A stretch of DNA of 64,000 bases from a virus. This document shows positions 29,411-40,474 of the stretch, in pieces. The position numbers and the translations under genes were made by a program. The stretch covers positions 1 to 64,000 of the IMG/VR virus record IMGVR_UViG_3300025875_000001, one strand, 5' to 3'. A model generated the notes under the pieces. It had not been told where the DNA came from, searched no databases, and saw only the letters and a list, made by a program, of their open reading frames with translations. Every line of letters starts with the position of its first letter. The first letter of the stretch is position 1.

Positions 29411-30046
29411 TTAGGCGATAGCCCTGTCTAGAATACGACCATATCTTACTGGGCCGCTTGATGCTGATGCGTCTGGCAATAGACGGAAGCTAGCTGGCAA
29501 ACCAGTTGCCTCACTTCTACGTAGCGCAAAGCTAGTAGATTCTGTCTGTACTGCGCGAGCACACCAGTAAACTCTTTCTTGTCTACCTCCTGCTGCTGTA
29601 AGTGGAGCTGGACCGACGAAAGCCATTGACCTTTCAAATGGAACATCGCCCAATTCACCGGCCAAAATGTCTACCTCTGAAATTCCTGTTCCCGCTGCTA
29701 CTGGACGGCGCTGACCCCAAACTACTAGAAGATTCTCTAGTGTAGCCTCGGCCAAAGTTGTGTTTGCAGTAACCCTCATGCTCTGCTTAAATAATCTTGC
29801 AGAGTCAAGCAATTGATCAACCTCAACGTCTCCATAATCTGGCTCATAAGAAAGCTCTACACCCTCCATGGTAAAACCTACGTTCCTCCATGATGCAGAA
29901 CCCTCCAATGCTGTAGATAGGGTTACATTAGTTGTACCTGCTGGCAAAGCTGTAACTGCGGCGGCTCCTGTTGGGCCATCACCTGCTGTACCAATGAATA
30001 CCCTTGCGGCACCCACGATAATATTTCTTGTTTCTCCTAATGGCAC
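29411..30046 (-). CDS. major tail protein
   Basis: RNIIVGAARVFIG, VGFTMEGVELSYEP, DVEVDQLLD motifs; synteny. Confidence 0.88.
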   Translation of the reverse strand: MPLGETRNIIVGAARVFIGTAGDGPTGAAAVTALPAGTTNVTLSTALEGSASWRNVGFTMEGVELSYEPDYGDVEVDQLLDSARLFKQSMRVTANTTLAEATLENLLVVWGQRRPVAAGTGISEVDILAGELGDVPFERSMAFVGPAPLTAAGGRQERVYWCARAVQTESTSFALRRSEATGLPASFRLLPDASASSGPVRYGRILDRAIA

Positions 30047-30113
30047 TTTTTAATTCACCTCCGTAAAATTTTATATAGCATTCGATAAAGTTGGCGGTAT
30101 TTCTCTCATGCTG

Positions 30114-30142
30114 ATATTACGACAGGCTTTATAAAAATGCAA
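30114..30142 (-). promoter_or_regulatory. putative SigA-type promoter for major tail gene
   Basis: TTGCAT-17-TAATAT. Confidence 0.6.
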
Positions 30143-30144
30143 AA

Positions 30145-30705
30145 TTATAAAGGCATTCCAGTATCATCTAATTGTTGGGTATACATTACACTAATACTAA
30201 CCATGGCCTCTTGTCTCCCGCCATCTTGCTCAAATGGTAAAGGAGCACCAGCCGAATTAAGCGTTATTGACTTATAATCAAACCTACCAACAGTCTCTCG
30301 CACTTTTCTACGACTTTCTTTTGTAGCGACTGTATCGCCAGGCAATTCTTGACCAAGCTTACGGATATAGTCGTTTACCTCTTGTGCTGAATCATCTTTT
30401 CTTTTAAATAACGCTGACATAAACACAACAATATTGTTTATGGTTGACATATCAGGAGAATAAATCAAAAACGCTACTTGATCACTAGGCATCAACCAAA
30501 AATTGCCAATAGTATCTGTTGTCCAATTATAAACAATATATGGAGGATTCTTCATAGCTTCTATTTCTGCAATAAATTCAGGCACCTCTTGTACTGGCAC
30601 TAATGGTGTTCTTTTATAATCAGTAGCCTTCATAAACCCAGCCCTTTTCAACCTATCCCACAAAAATAATTTAATACCATCTACAGCAGTAGTTTTACTA
30701 TCCAC
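30145..30705 (-). CDS. tail terminator protein
   Basis: synteny before major tail; PPYIVY motif. Confidence 0.6.
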   Translation of the reverse strand: MDSKTTAVDGIKLFLWDRLKRAGFMKATDYKRTPLVPVQEVPEFIAEIEAMKNPPYIVYNWTTDTIGNFWLMPSDQVAFLIYSPDMSTINNIVVFMSALFKRKDDSAQEVNDYIRKLGQELPGDTVATKESRRKVRETVGRFDYKSITLNSAGAPLPFEQDGGRQEAMVSISVMYTQQLDDTGMPL

Positions 30706-31523
30706 TATTTTTCCTCCAATCTTATTCTGCTTGCTGCGCCAGTAATATAATCTCTTTCATTCTTTTTTAACTTTTTTAAGGCTTCCGCCTTTCCAGCAGA
30801 ATATCCAGAATTTCCAGCGATCTTAAAGTTTTTAGATTTTGATCTATATCTACCAGTTATTCCTCCCTTTACTAAATCTTTAGAAAGCGAAGGGGCAATA
30901 TCATTTTCAAATGTAGAAGTAGCCATTTGAGACCACCAAAACCTAAAAGCATTTGTAAATCTACCAGTTGTTTTTCCTCCACCGGCGGTAAAACTAATTG
31001 GTCCCTTACTAAATACTATACCATTCTTTTGAGATGTACCGGCGAAAGCTAAGTACTGAGCAAGCTTAGGTCTTATAGTAATTTCTAACCCATATTCCAT
31101 AGCCGGTGCCTTCCAATAAAATATGTGTATCCCTTCTTTTACTGTCTGACCAGAAGATCCCGGCTTTGTAAGTATAGGGTTAACAGGACTTGGTTTGATA
31201 GAAGCCTTAAACTCAAATGACGCTATTTTACTTGCACCATGACCCTTTAATGTATGTTTCCATAATCTTCCCGCCGGATTACCTACAGCAGTTTTATCTC
31301 CGTATTGTGCAGGCCATTCATATACATGATGAAATGATTCAGGATTAGCTGCCGCAATCATATCAATCCAAGCATCTAATCTTGGTGTCATACGTGCATG
31401 CGCGTAATTGATTACAGATCCAACGTATGCCGTTGACTCTACTTCTGACTTAACACCGTCTAAATATCCATGAAGATAATTAAGTTCATTGGGATCAAAT
31501 TCTAATCTATTAATCCCGGCCAC
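30705..31523 (-). CDS. neck/tail-completion protein
   Basis: synteny; FHHVYEW motif. Confidence 0.5.
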   Translation of the reverse strand: MAGINRLEFDPNELNYLHGYLDGVKSEVESTAYVGSVINYAHARMTPRLDAWIDMIAAANPESFHHVYEWPAQYGDKTAVGNPAGRLWKHTLKGHGASKIASFEFKASIKPSPVNPILTKPGSSGQTVKEGIHIFYWKAPAMEYGLEITIRPKLAQYLAFAGTSQKNGIVFSKGPISFTAGGGKTTGRFTNAFRFWWSQMATSTFENDIAPSLSKDLVKGGITGRYRSKSKNFKIAGNSGYSAGKAEALKKLKKNERDYITGAASRIRLEEK

Positions 31524-32058
31524 TCTGTACTTCCGCCCTTTTTAATACTGTAAGATTTTCTATGTGCGTACCAAATGGATCAAATACAGGATTTACTCCA
31601 ATTACATCAAAATCAGTTGCTGGATATACGTCTTCTTCTGTCAACAATGCCTCTTCCTCAACCCATAAAGCTTTACCACTTCTAGCATCACGAATTGCCG
31701 TAACAGTATCTCTTGAGGTTATAACATAACTTGGTGGGAATCTCATCTCAACATATTCATATCTCCTGTATATACCCTCATCAAAAGACTCTGTATTGGA
31801 CGCGGACCTATATCCCGTATCTGTAAATGCAGTAGCCTTACAGGGCACATCAAATTGAATTATGTGCCCTTCTCCGTCAGTAATTTCTGTTTCCTCTGTA
31901 TCTGGCACCCATACACTAATAATCTCTCCGGTAACCAAATCCTCTTGTGGCTCAAAGTGTCCATTAGTGGGCTGGGGGTTATCGCTTTGTGTCTGTACAT
32001 ACCTTCCGCGTAATACAGTAGCGATCATCGTCATTCTGGCGCTAGTTATACATGTCAT
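31510..32058 (-). CDS. head-to-tail stopper
   Basis: synteny; FDVIGVNPVFDPFG-type C-terminus. Confidence 0.55.
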   Translation of the reverse strand: MTCITSARMTMIATVLRGRYVQTQSDNPQPTNGHFEPQEDLVTGEIISVWVPDTEETEITDGEGHIIQFDVPCKATAFTDTGYRSASNTESFDEGIYRRYEYVEMRFPPSYVITSRDTVTAIRDARSGKALWVEEEALLTEEDVYPATDFDVIGVNPVFDPFGTHIENLTVLKRAEVQSGRD

Positions 32059-32957
32059 ACTATCAAAAGGAATGGACGCTTATATTGATTCAATATTAAA
32101 TCTGCACGCGCATTTCCAGTTCCTTCCCATGCCTGTTCGCTATACTGCAATGTCCAATCAGATGACTTTATAATTTCCAGATATCTATCTCTATAAGCCG
32201 ACTGATTACATGAATAATCGTTAACTAATAATCTTGCGGCCTCTTCTACGTCCATCGGTACAGACTCCCAGCCCCATAAGCCATCTATGGTGTATGGGCG
32301 CCCCTCAGTAAATACAGACTTATACCAGGCAGGAACTCTTATGGGTCCATTTGTGTGATAAGACCACAGGTCTTCTGGCGGCGCTTCTTTTATCTCCAAC
32401 CACTCTGGCGCTAAAGTTTCAACATACCAACCGTCACCTGTAACGTTATATCTAATCGAAGTAATAGGAACTCCTGAAACTGAGATTGCTTTATAAGCTA
32501 CCAATCTTTTTGGAAGTTGTAGTCTTTCTGTATCTTTACCCATTATTCCATAGGCCGCACGCTCTAGTCCAAAACTTTGTCCTGTTACAGTCTCAATTAT
32601 TACCCTAACAGATCTTTCCACCCGGCGCGCTTGCTCTAGTGTAGCACCATTACCTATTATCTCAGCAGTATCCAGTAGTGATAATACAGGAGTAACCACA
32701 TTAATGTTATATCTGTTTTGAAATACTTCTCCATCTACAGTGCTATTGATAAGGACTACTACCGCTCCATCATAACGAACTGCTTTATATGGAATATTGA
32801 CTGCTACCTGTTTAATAAAACCATTTTCATCTAAATCCTCAAAGATTTGATCTTCACCAATTTTATCAACACCGCGATAAACACTGACTACCGCTCTAGT
32901 AGATTCTGGTGGTAGCTTAAATACAATATCTTCTGGCTGCTCTCTATATATCTCCAT
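32055..32957 (-). CDS. head-to-tail adaptor
   Basis: IIETVTGQSF, YTIDGLWGWESVPMDVEEAARLL motif. Confidence 0.7.
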   Translation of the reverse strand: MEIYREQPEDIVFKLPPESTRAVVSVYRGVDKIGEDQIFEDLDENGFIKQVAVNIPYKAVRYDGAVVVLINSTVDGEVFQNRYNINVVTPVLSLLDTAEIIGNGATLEQARRVERSVRVIIETVTGQSFGLERAAYGIMGKDTERLQLPKRLVAYKAISVSGVPITSIRYNVTGDGWYVETLAPEWLEIKEAPPEDLWSYHTNGPIRVPAWYKSVFTEGRPYTIDGLWGWESVPMDVEEAARLLVNDYSCNQSAYRDRYLEIIKSSDWTLQYSEQAWEGTGNARADLILNQYKRPFLLIV

Positions 32958-33003
32958 ACTACTATTATATGTCTCCTAAGTTATTTTTCAACTATAAATA
33001 TTA

Positions 33004-35304
33004 TCAAGGACGAACCCACTTCAATGAAATACTGGTACGCACGTGCCTTCCTGCACCTGTATCTATAATAGCGGCGGCACTACAAAACGCCCATATCGCT
33101 AACGTCTGACCTACTGCAAATCTTTTCGTTAAAGACAAATTAAAATCACAAGTAATAGCATTTACTGGATTTTGAGTAGAAGATGCAAATGTATTAGCAT
33201 TACCACCTGCACCTATATCATCAGATATATAAAAAATACCTACACCGCCAGCCGGAATACCAAATCTTGCATTTGCAGTAATTTCCCAAAGTCCGGCCCT
33301 GTTAAGAGTGAATAAATCTGAGTTAGCATTAGGAGTAACGTCAGCAGTTGTATATTCAGATGTTTTTAATGGAACCCTCAAACCATTTCCACCGGCTGCA
33401 ATATTAAGAGTGGACAAAGCAGTGACTACATATCTAGCATCTCCACCAATGTTTGGATTTACATTCAGCCAAGCTGATCCATCGTATACCATCAAGGCAC
33501 CGTTTAGATTATAATGATCACCTCTTCTAAGACCAGTAGACGGTAATACCGATCCTGCTCCTAAATCTCTTGTGGTATATGCTAATGCTGGAACGGTGGG
33601 TGCAGTAGGGGTTCCTCCCAAGTCCCCGGCCAATTGAATAGTACCTACTGATGTTGTACTTGCTACAGGTGGAGCATAGTTACCGGCTTTTGCTGTAGTA
33701 GCTGTAGTTCCAATTGCTAAATTAGAAGTGCCTGCGCCAATTGCCGATCTTGCTGTTGCTGCGTCAGCGGCAAGCAAAACACTCCTACCAACAGGAGTAG
33801 AGTTTGATATATCTGTTGCAGTATGGGTGTGAATAGAAGACGCCTTAGCATCTAACAAAGGCTTTAATCCTGCGGGGTGAACGGCGCGAGTTGTATCCGT
33901 TCCTGTCGCAGTTTCAGCAGCTGTAGCCATTTCTACACGACCTGACACTGTCTCACTAGCAACATTCATAAATATCGTATTGCTAGCACCCCATGTAAAA
34001 CCTGCATTATCCAATGCGACTGGAACCCACGCATTCGTAGAATCGTCCCAACCCAGGAGACGATCAGCATCAGGATCAACAAACGCTGGAACTCGCGTAG
34101 AAATTTGACTATCTACATAATCCTTACGTGTCAATTCATGGGGAGCGGTTGGACCGCCCTGCTCCGCAAAAAGTCGGGCGGCTCCGAAACGGGCACCACT
34201 ATCTCTACGAGCAATAGAGTTTGCCTCTAATGGATTGGACGTACCAATATTGTCTACATAATCTTTGCGAGTAACATTATTGGGTGCCGTAGGAGCTAGA
34301 GAAACCTCCATACCAACAACATGAGCATATCCGTTAACATCTCTTCTAACAATTTTATCTGGATTCGGTTCGGGAGTTGCACTAAATATTAAATCTTCGA
34401 CAGGAGCCCAAGAGCCAAACTTTTGAACCAAACCAGTAGGAAGCTCGTTTAACCCTGGCTGGTTTGGTTCACTATAAACTATAGAAGAATTGTTTTTACT
34501 TATAGCAATTTCTGTAATATGAATTCTAGAATAACTAACAACATTACGAACCCACATTTCTACTATAGTAGGGCCATCGGTAGAAACAACAACAAAAGCA
34601 ATATAACTTAAATCAAATGAATCTGTATCTGATGACAGACCAGACACCGTTAAAAACAAATATGGTAAATTACCATAAGGTTCTTGCTGCTTAGCGCGTA
34701 TACCAATCAATGCCCGCATAAGATCTGATGATCCATGATCACTGGTCTGTAGGAGAATTGTACCATTAATATCTGAAAATTGAGATAACAAACTTATTGT
34801 CCCAATTTTATACCAATCTCCAATATTGTCATCAGTTGTATTATTAGTAGATGTAGAAGGTTGTAAACGAGTTACTTTTACATCTCCATTGGAACCAGGA
34901 GCTACACCATTTACAGTATCAACTGCCCCTATTGCTCTAGGCAAACCTAAATTTAATGTTTGATTTGGTGATGTGCCTGTAATTGAAGCTGTTGCACTCG
35001 CCCCCGCCGCTAATGTAGCCACAGTACCTATGGTCAAATTGTTAGGCGGTCCTGTTAAACCAGTATTACCTCTAGGGATGGTTAAGTTCAATACTTGATT
35101 TGGTGATGTACCTGTAATATTGGCGGTTGCAGAAGATCCAGCAACAACAGTAGATACAGTACCTATAGTTAAACTATTACCCGGCCCTGGTATACCTTGC
35201 TCACCCTGAATTCCAGTAGCCAGACTTATCTCTATTGGATTTATGTTTTCAACTACTATTACCGGCTCTACGGTAGGATCAACTATCTCTATAATATCTG
35301 CCAT
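33004..35304 (-). CDS. modular fibre protein (collagen-like N-terminal repeats, Ala/Thr-rich repeats, C-terminal beta domain)
   Basis: GIQGEQGIPGPG, duplicated LTIGTV...ITGTSPNQ repeat, modules shared with 49571-51639. Confidence 0.7.
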   Translation of the reverse strand: MADIIEIVDPTVEPVIVVENINPIEISLATGIQGEQGIPGPGNSLTIGTVSTVVAGSSATANITGTSPNQVLNLTIPRGNTGLTGPPNNLTIGTVATLAAGASATASITGTSPNQTLNLGLPRAIGAVDTVNGVAPGSNGDVKVTRLQPSTSTNNTTDDNIGDWYKIGTISLLSQFSDINGTILLQTSDHGSSDLMRALIGIRAKQQEPYGNLPYLFLTVSGLSSDTDSFDLSYIAFVVVSTDGPTIVEMWVRNVVSYSRIHITEIAISKNNSSIVYSEPNQPGLNELPTGLVQKFGSWAPVEDLIFSATPEPNPDKIVRRDVNGYAHVVGMEVSLAPTAPNNVTRKDYVDNIGTSNPLEANSIARRDSGARFGAARLFAEQGGPTAPHELTRKDYVDSQISTRVPAFVDPDADRLLGWDDSTNAWVPVALDNAGFTWGASNTIFMNVASETVSGRVEMATAAETATGTDTTRAVHPAGLKPLLDAKASSIHTHTATDISNSTPVGRSVLLAADAATARSAIGAGTSNLAIGTTATTAKAGNYAPPVASTTSVGTIQLAGDLGGTPTAPTVPALAYTTRDLGAGSVLPSTGLRRGDHYNLNGALMVYDGSAWLNVNPNIGGDARYVVTALSTLNIAAGGNGLRVPLKTSEYTTADVTPNANSDLFTLNRAGLWEITANARFGIPAGGVGIFYISDDIGAGGNANTFASSTQNPVNAITCDFNLSLTKRFAVGQTLAIWAFCSAAAIIDTGAGRHVRTSISLKWVRP

Positions 35305-35308
35305 CTAT

Positions 35309-35773
35309 TTATGCCCACAAAGTAGAAGATTTGTCTACTGTTATTGTTCCTTTCAATATCTTATTTTGTTTGTTAGTTGTTTTGTTTCTCATCATTACAT
35401 CATAATAAAATTCAAATGTTCCGGCCTGCATTTGCGTATATACAGCACCACTAGGTGGTAATGTTAACGAACGTGGAACATTAATAATAATGTTACCATT
35501 TGAAGATAACACAGCTTCATTGTCTCCCGCGCCCGTTGCATCTGCTGGCCTATTAACATCATCAGGGCTTGCCTCTGCATCATTAGGTATATCTTCACTA
35601 TTAAATGTCCACACCCTTACACCATCAACATTTTCTTTTCTAATGTCCATGCGGATAGCATAACTACTAAGATCAACAGGAGCTGCATCACTAGCGCTTG
35701 CACCTGTTTTATATACTAAGTTTATTGTTAGATCAGCGCCCTGATCCCATGTGTAATTATATTCCGCCGCCAT
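35309..35773 (-). CDS. virion-associated protein (BppU N-terminal-like)
   Basis: YNYTWDQGAD...VDLSSYAIRMDIR...YYDVMM...ILKGTITV pattern. Confidence 0.5.
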   Translation of the reverse strand: MAAEYNYTWDQGADLTINLVYKTGASASDAAPVDLSSYAIRMDIRKENVDGVRVWTFNSEDIPNDAEASPDDVNRPADATGAGDNEAVLSSNGNIIINVPRSLTLPPSGAVYTQMQAGTFEFYYDVMMRNKTTNKQNKILKGTITVDKSSTLWA

Positions 35774-35775
35774 TT

Positions 35776-36213
35776 TTAGCTGTAAAACTCCTTAACCTCA
35801 TTTTGTGTAGCTGACCTAAAGCCACCCATATTAATAAGTGTCTGCTCATCATCAGCATTAACTAACTGATATGGATGATCGCGCGTAAACTTATATAGGC
35901 TCCTTCCTTTATGCTCAAAACTAAAGTTTCTACGCTCCATCTTAATAAGGACTACGTCACCTTCATCTTCCTCCGGCGCTGCTGCTGGCTCATCGGTAAT
36001 GATAACCTCTTTCTCTTCCTCACCTTCAACAATCAATTCATGATTCTTATCGAGATTTCGAATCTTTCTCTCTTCTTCGTACAAATCCCAAGTAACGCCA
36101 TCTTCGACTAGCAAAGCAACTCTATCCTGGTTATTTCCTGCTTCTTCTACTCCATCAACGCCAAACCATTCGCCCGCGTCAATCAATTGAAATTTCTTTA
36201 ATTTATCTAACAT
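35776..36213 (-). CDS. hypothetical head-associated protein
   Basis: directly downstream of major capsid gene. Confidence 0.6.
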   Translation of the reverse strand: MLDKLKKFQLIDAGEWFGVDGVEEAGNNQDRVALLVEDGVTWDLYEEERKIRNLDKNHELIVEGEEEKEVIITDEPAAAPEEDEGDVVLIKMERRNFSFEHKGRSLYKFTRDHPYQLVNADDEQTLINMGGFRSATQNEVKEFYS

Positions 36214-36271
36214 CAGTCCTCCTTTTGACTTCTTAGATCATTCTAACACGGTAACTATTCTATACAAAATA

Positions 36272-36298
36272 AGAAAAACCGGGCCGAAGCCCGGTTCT
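36272..36298 (-). terminator. intrinsic terminator after major capsid gene
   Basis: AACCGGGC-TTCG-GCCCGGTT followed by T run (cUUCGg loop). Confidence 0.9.
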
Positions 36299-36316
36299 CT
36301 TATTGTCTTTTTTCAA

Positions 36317-37321
36317 TTACGCTGCTAGGCGATTGTTTGTTACAACAACCATAGCGTCTGTGTTTTCAATACCAACACCAATTCTGGTGAATACGGTAAA
36401 CTCAATTGAGTCCTTCTTTGGCTTGAACTCACGGAACACCTGAATGTCTCTCTTAACACCAAGGATCAAGTTCTTTGGATCAGTTAGCCATACGTCACCG
36501 TGGTTACCTGTGGCTCCTGAGTAAGTACCTGTCCTGCTCTCATTGAATAGTGGAACCTCTTGTAGAGTCTGTCCCATAATTCTAGGTGCCAACCAACCCG
36601 CTCCACCCTCTGCAACTACGTTGCCGATAGAACCTGCTGCTTGACCCTGACCACTTAGATATTCGTCTGTGGTCAATGAGTAAGCGTAATCCTGTGCAAG
36701 ACCTGCACCTGTGTAGAACCTCAAAGAGCCTCTACGCTGCAAGAATTTACGAGGAATAGACTTTAGCGCACGATTAGCTGTTTCACGAGTAAGACCTGTA
36801 CCACCTGCATCAACAATGTGGGCTGCACCATCTGTAGTACCACTAACGGCTAGCTTACGCCATCCATCAAATGCTACCAATAATGGGTCTGCACTAGCCA
36901 CGTCACCGTTGATCGCTAAATCTTCAATGTCGTTACCAGCCTGCTCAGCCATTAGTTGCGCAACGTGATCTTCAAAGCCTTCCTGCTCGATGTTGTCCTC
37001 TAAAGACTCTGTTGAAAGCTCCCAGTCTAGACGTAGCTTGTATGTACGCAAGCTAATCTTGCTGAATGTAACACCCTGGTTTTCACCAGTGTCAACAGCT
37101 TCGGTAGCTGGTCTCATCAAACGCTCACCAACACCCATTCTGTCCAATTCCATAGAGTCAGCACGCATCCTTTCGGTACGAACCTGCTTTACAAGAACGG
37201 TCTTATCGAACATGTAATCGATGAAGCGGTTTGACTGATCTGGCTTTAATAAACCAGAGCCAGGAGGCGCTCCAATTTCTGTAGAAACAATAACCTTGCT
37301 TAATAATGTTTCGTTGCTCAT
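36317..37321 (-). CDS. major capsid protein (HK97 fold)
   Basis: GLLKPDQSNRFIDYM, KLRLDWELSTESLEDNIE, EDLAINGD; follows protease. Confidence 0.92.
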   Translation of the reverse strand: MSNETLLSKVIVSTEIGAPPGSGLLKPDQSNRFIDYMFDKTVLVKQVRTERMRADSMELDRMGVGERLMRPATEAVDTGENQGVTFSKISLRTYKLRLDWELSTESLEDNIEQEGFEDHVAQLMAEQAGNDIEDLAINGDVASADPLLVAFDGWRKLAVSGTTDGAAHIVDAGGTGLTRETANRALKSIPRKFLQRRGSLRFYTGAGLAQDYAYSLTTDEYLSGQGQAAGSIGNVVAEGGAGWLAPRIMGQTLQEVPLFNESRTGTYSGATGNHGDVWLTDPKNLILGVKRDIQVFREFKPKKDSIEFTVFTRIGVGIENTDAMVVVTNNRLAA

Positions 37322-37382
37322 AATTCTGTTTTGTCACCTCTTTTTCTAAAGTTTTATTTTTATTAAATTATATAGACTAAGT

Positions 37383-38693
37383 TCAGTCTGCTACTGAGAA
37401 AAATACTCCTTCGAAAACACGAGAACCTTCGCTCTTTGTTTTCCTCTTTTCGAACGTTTCGTCTGACCCGCCAAGATCAGCCGACTTCTTAACAGCGCTT
37501 CCTAGTTCTAGGGCGTTTACTGTTCCCAGCACTTTGTTTAGCCCCTCTTCGAAACCGCTAAGCTTATTTGCGTGGTCATCTAGAGAATTCTTGAATTCTG
37601 CAAACTTAGACTCAAACTCTTCATTCACCTTGTTCAATCTATTCTCTAGCGCCTCAATTTGTTCAGCACTTTGCTTAGTGCCGCTTTCTACAGCCTTAGT
37701 AATGTCTTCCTTTAGCTGATCTAAAGCCTTGTTTAAATCTGTGTCTTCCTTAACCTGTTGGTCACCGGCTACTGATGCACGTTCTGCATTTTCGTCTACT
37801 ACAACGGCTTCTGAATCACCAACTACAACCTTACCATTCTCATCCGTTGTGGTTCCCTTTGCATTATTTACACTTACTTCTTCTGGCATTGTTTCCTGTA
37901 CACCTCCCTCGTTTTGTGAAGCTTGATACTTCTTAACGACTTCGGCTACTTGTTCTTCCCTGCCTCCGTCAATATTTTCAAACCAGCCCGCGTTTTGCAT
38001 TTTGTTTTGGCATAAAGAACATTGTTCAACATTATTCTCGGAGTCAACAGCAATTGGATCATGTCCATTATCGCAATAAAATACATTAGTTATTTTTGTA
38101 TCTGCAATAATGCCAACCATCTCATCCTCGCCGGTCTCTTCGTTCTTTTGAATAGTGAACAGTTTTTGAATGCTTTCAAAATTCGCCATTTGGTTTGCTG
38201 GACTGTCAACTAATGACAACTCAGTAAGTTTATATGATTTAATAAATCTAACGGTCTTGCCGCCCGCACCATCTTTGCTCTTTACAAACTTAGACTCTGT
38301 GTCGGTTGCGGCACCGCCAATACTAAATCCTTGAAGTGTTCCATCTAAAACCATCTTCCATACATTCTCAGCACCTTCTGAAATATAAGCCTCTACATAA
38401 ATTCCCTGATATCTTTCACCAGAATTTACATCTGTGAACTCCTGCTCACGAAAACTCATTAGCTTTCCTACTGGAATTGGTTGATGCATAAGACGCAAGT
38501 TGCCACGGCTCATAAAAGCTTCAAAAGCTTGCTTACTGGCCTCGGCCGTAATAATGTCACCCTGAGTGTCAACTGAATCTAAAGTGGCCCAACCCGAAAC
38601 AGTTCTTTTAGCCTTATTAACTTTTTCGATTGGCATACTAAGATGAATATCATTTTCACCCACTATGTCAAAATGTGCCTTTGCTATCTCCAT
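37383..38693 (-). CDS. prohead maturation protease fused to scaffold-like coiled coil
   Basis: LRLMHQ, GFSIGG, ELSLVDSPANQ catalytic motifs; acidic coiled-coil C-terminus. Confidence 0.88.
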   Translation of the reverse strand: MEIAKAHFDIVGENDIHLSMPIEKVNKAKRTVSGWATLDSVDTQGDIITAEASKQAFEAFMSRGNLRLMHQPIPVGKLMSFREQEFTDVNSGERYQGIYVEAYISEGAENVWKMVLDGTLQGFSIGGAATDTESKFVKSKDGAGGKTVRFIKSYKLTELSLVDSPANQMANFESIQKLFTIQKNEETGEDEMVGIIADTKITNVFYCDNGHDPIAVDSENNVEQCSLCQNKMQNAGWFENIDGGREEQVAEVVKKYQASQNEGGVQETMPEEVSVNNAKGTTTDENGKVVVGDSEAVVVDENAERASVAGDQQVKEDTDLNKALDQLKEDITKAVESGTKQSAEQIEALENRLNKVNEEFESKFAEFKNSLDDHANKLSGFEEGLNKVLGTVNALELGSAVKKSADLGGSDETFEKRKTKSEGSRVFEGVFFSVAD

Positions 38694-38700
38694 GTTGATT

Positions 38701-38729
38701 ACTATAAGCTACGTTTAATTATAAAGCAA
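38701..38729 (-). promoter_or_regulatory. putative SigA-type promoter, near-leaderless, for protease-capsid genes
   Basis: TTGCTT-17-TATAGT, 7 nt before ATG. Confidence 0.6.
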
Positions 38730-38818
38730 AATTGTAACAACAATTTATATCTTAGCTCTTCTATAATCATTAGTAGACCTATTCCCCTTGCTTGCATTAC
38801 ACTTGGTGCAAACCTTGG

Positions 38819-40474
38819 TCAAGACTGAGCCCTTCCGGCTCCCTGGGTGTTGCGACCCTCTGAATTACTATCAGTACCATTTGCACTTCTGTCTGCGTCT
38901 CTAGTACGGCTTTGTGTAGCCGTGGCCTTTTGTTGAGCCGCCGCCTTCGCCTGAGCATTAGCAGCAGTCTTAGCGTTAGCAGCTTCTTCTGCGGCCTGCT
39001 CTTCACCATCCAAAGCACCGCCCATTGTGGCAGGCTTATCTCCGTCTGGAAGAGCTTCCCATCCCCAACGGTTACGAACTTCATTAGGTCTAATTGCGCC
39101 CCAACGCAAGTAACGCTCATCGATCTTAGACTGAGTATCTTCATCACTCAGGCTCATTTCTTTCAACTTTATTTTAACGGCGTCTGTCTTTTCGCTAATA
39201 ATGGAGTTCAACCTCTTTTCTAACATTCCTTGTAGTGGACGACATACTTGTTCAGCAAATGTCTTATCTGCATCCCGAGCAACCGCAAGACTAACTCCTT
39301 CTGCCAAACCTACTTTTGAAATAGGTACACGATGAGCCATTAGGATTTCTCCTAGATTAGCTTTACGATAATTATTAAAACTAGAATCTTGGGTACCTGC
39401 CTCAATAGCATCCATTTTGAATTCAGTCTTAGACTTATCACTATCCGGCGGAAGTGGAACAATTACTGTACGGTGATTTTTACCTTTTAATCCACCTTGA
39501 AACAAATCAAACAAAGCATTCTCAGATTTACGACTAAGCTGTGCTCCCTTAATAGTTATTACATACCTTGGCACAGCTTTATTTTCAAAATAATCTAGGT
39601 TAAACCTAGAACTAAATTCGTTACCGGCAATTGCTTGTGCAGCAGCCATAATACCTGGCACACCATAATATCCGTTTGTTGGACTATACTTTTTAATATG
39701 AATTATTTCATTAGGGTTTTGATCACTACTAATTGGATTGAAGTCTTCGTCATCCCCGAAATTTTTGAAAAAGACTACGTTCTTTCCGATCATTTGAACA
39801 TAGCCGTCTCTCTTTTGACGAACTCTCATAGATACTGATGGAATGTGACCAATATAACGAATTTCTCCACTTACTGTCCTACCTATTTCCATATAACCAT
39901 TACCCGTAGTTTCATAATCTGTCCAGACCTTAATTAGGGTTTCTGTAAACAAATCTTCTTTATTACAACTATCAAGCCATTCATACATAGCGTCTTTAAT
40001 GCGGCCCACTTTATCTCGGAGACTTTCTTTCTTTTCTCCCTCTAGACCACTCATTTTTGATCTTGTTTTAGCTGTTTCCACAAAGTCATACCCTAAAGCA
40101 ACTATATTGGTTACTTTAGCATCTACTGCTGCTAGGTGAATTGGAGACAATTCATAAAGCTTGGCTAAATAGTCTAAGTTATATGGAGGATAAGCTAAAC
40201 CCATAAGACTATATGCAGAAGTTTCTTGATTTGCTTCCAACCTTTTAGAAGCTGCGCCGCCTTCGCCTTCAAATGCTTTACTTAGGCGTGTTTTCTTACG
40301 AGCTAGAGATGGTGACAATCCACTAAGCTTTTTTAATTCTTCGCCGGACACGTCAAAAGAATCTGCGTTATGATCTATAACTGCTTCCCTAGCACCACCT
40401 AGCTTTACATCAACCTGCTGTAACTCGGTTGGGTCGTCAATAGCTACCGAAGCTATACGCCTATCTTCTGCCAT
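38819..40474 (-). CDS. portal protein
   Basis: PPYNLDYLAKLYE, TGNGYMEI, IIHIKKYSPTNGYYGVP, PNEVR motifs. Confidence 0.92.
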   Translation of the reverse strand: MAEDRRIASVAIDDPTELQQVDVKLGGAREAVIDHNADSFDVSGEELKKLSGLSPSLARKKTRLSKAFEGEGGAASKRLEANQETSAYSLMGLAYPPYNLDYLAKLYELSPIHLAAVDAKVTNIVALGYDFVETAKTRSKMSGLEGEKKESLRDKVGRIKDAMYEWLDSCNKEDLFTETLIKVWTDYETTGNGYMEIGRTVSGEIRYIGHIPSVSMRVRQKRDGYVQMIGKNVVFFKNFGDDEDFNPISSDQNPNEIIHIKKYSPTNGYYGVPGIMAAAQAIAGNEFSSRFNLDYFENKAVPRYVITIKGAQLSRKSENALFDLFQGGLKGKNHRTVIVPLPPDSDKSKTEFKMDAIEAGTQDSSFNNYRKANLGEILMAHRVPISKVGLAEGVSLAVARDADKTFAEQVCRPLQGMLEKRLNSIISEKTDAVKIKLKEMSLSDEDTQSKIDERYLRWGAIRPNEVRNRWGWEALPDGDKPATMGGALDGEEQAAEEAANAKTAANAQAKAAAQQKATATQSRTRDADRSANGTDSNSEGRNTQGAGRAQS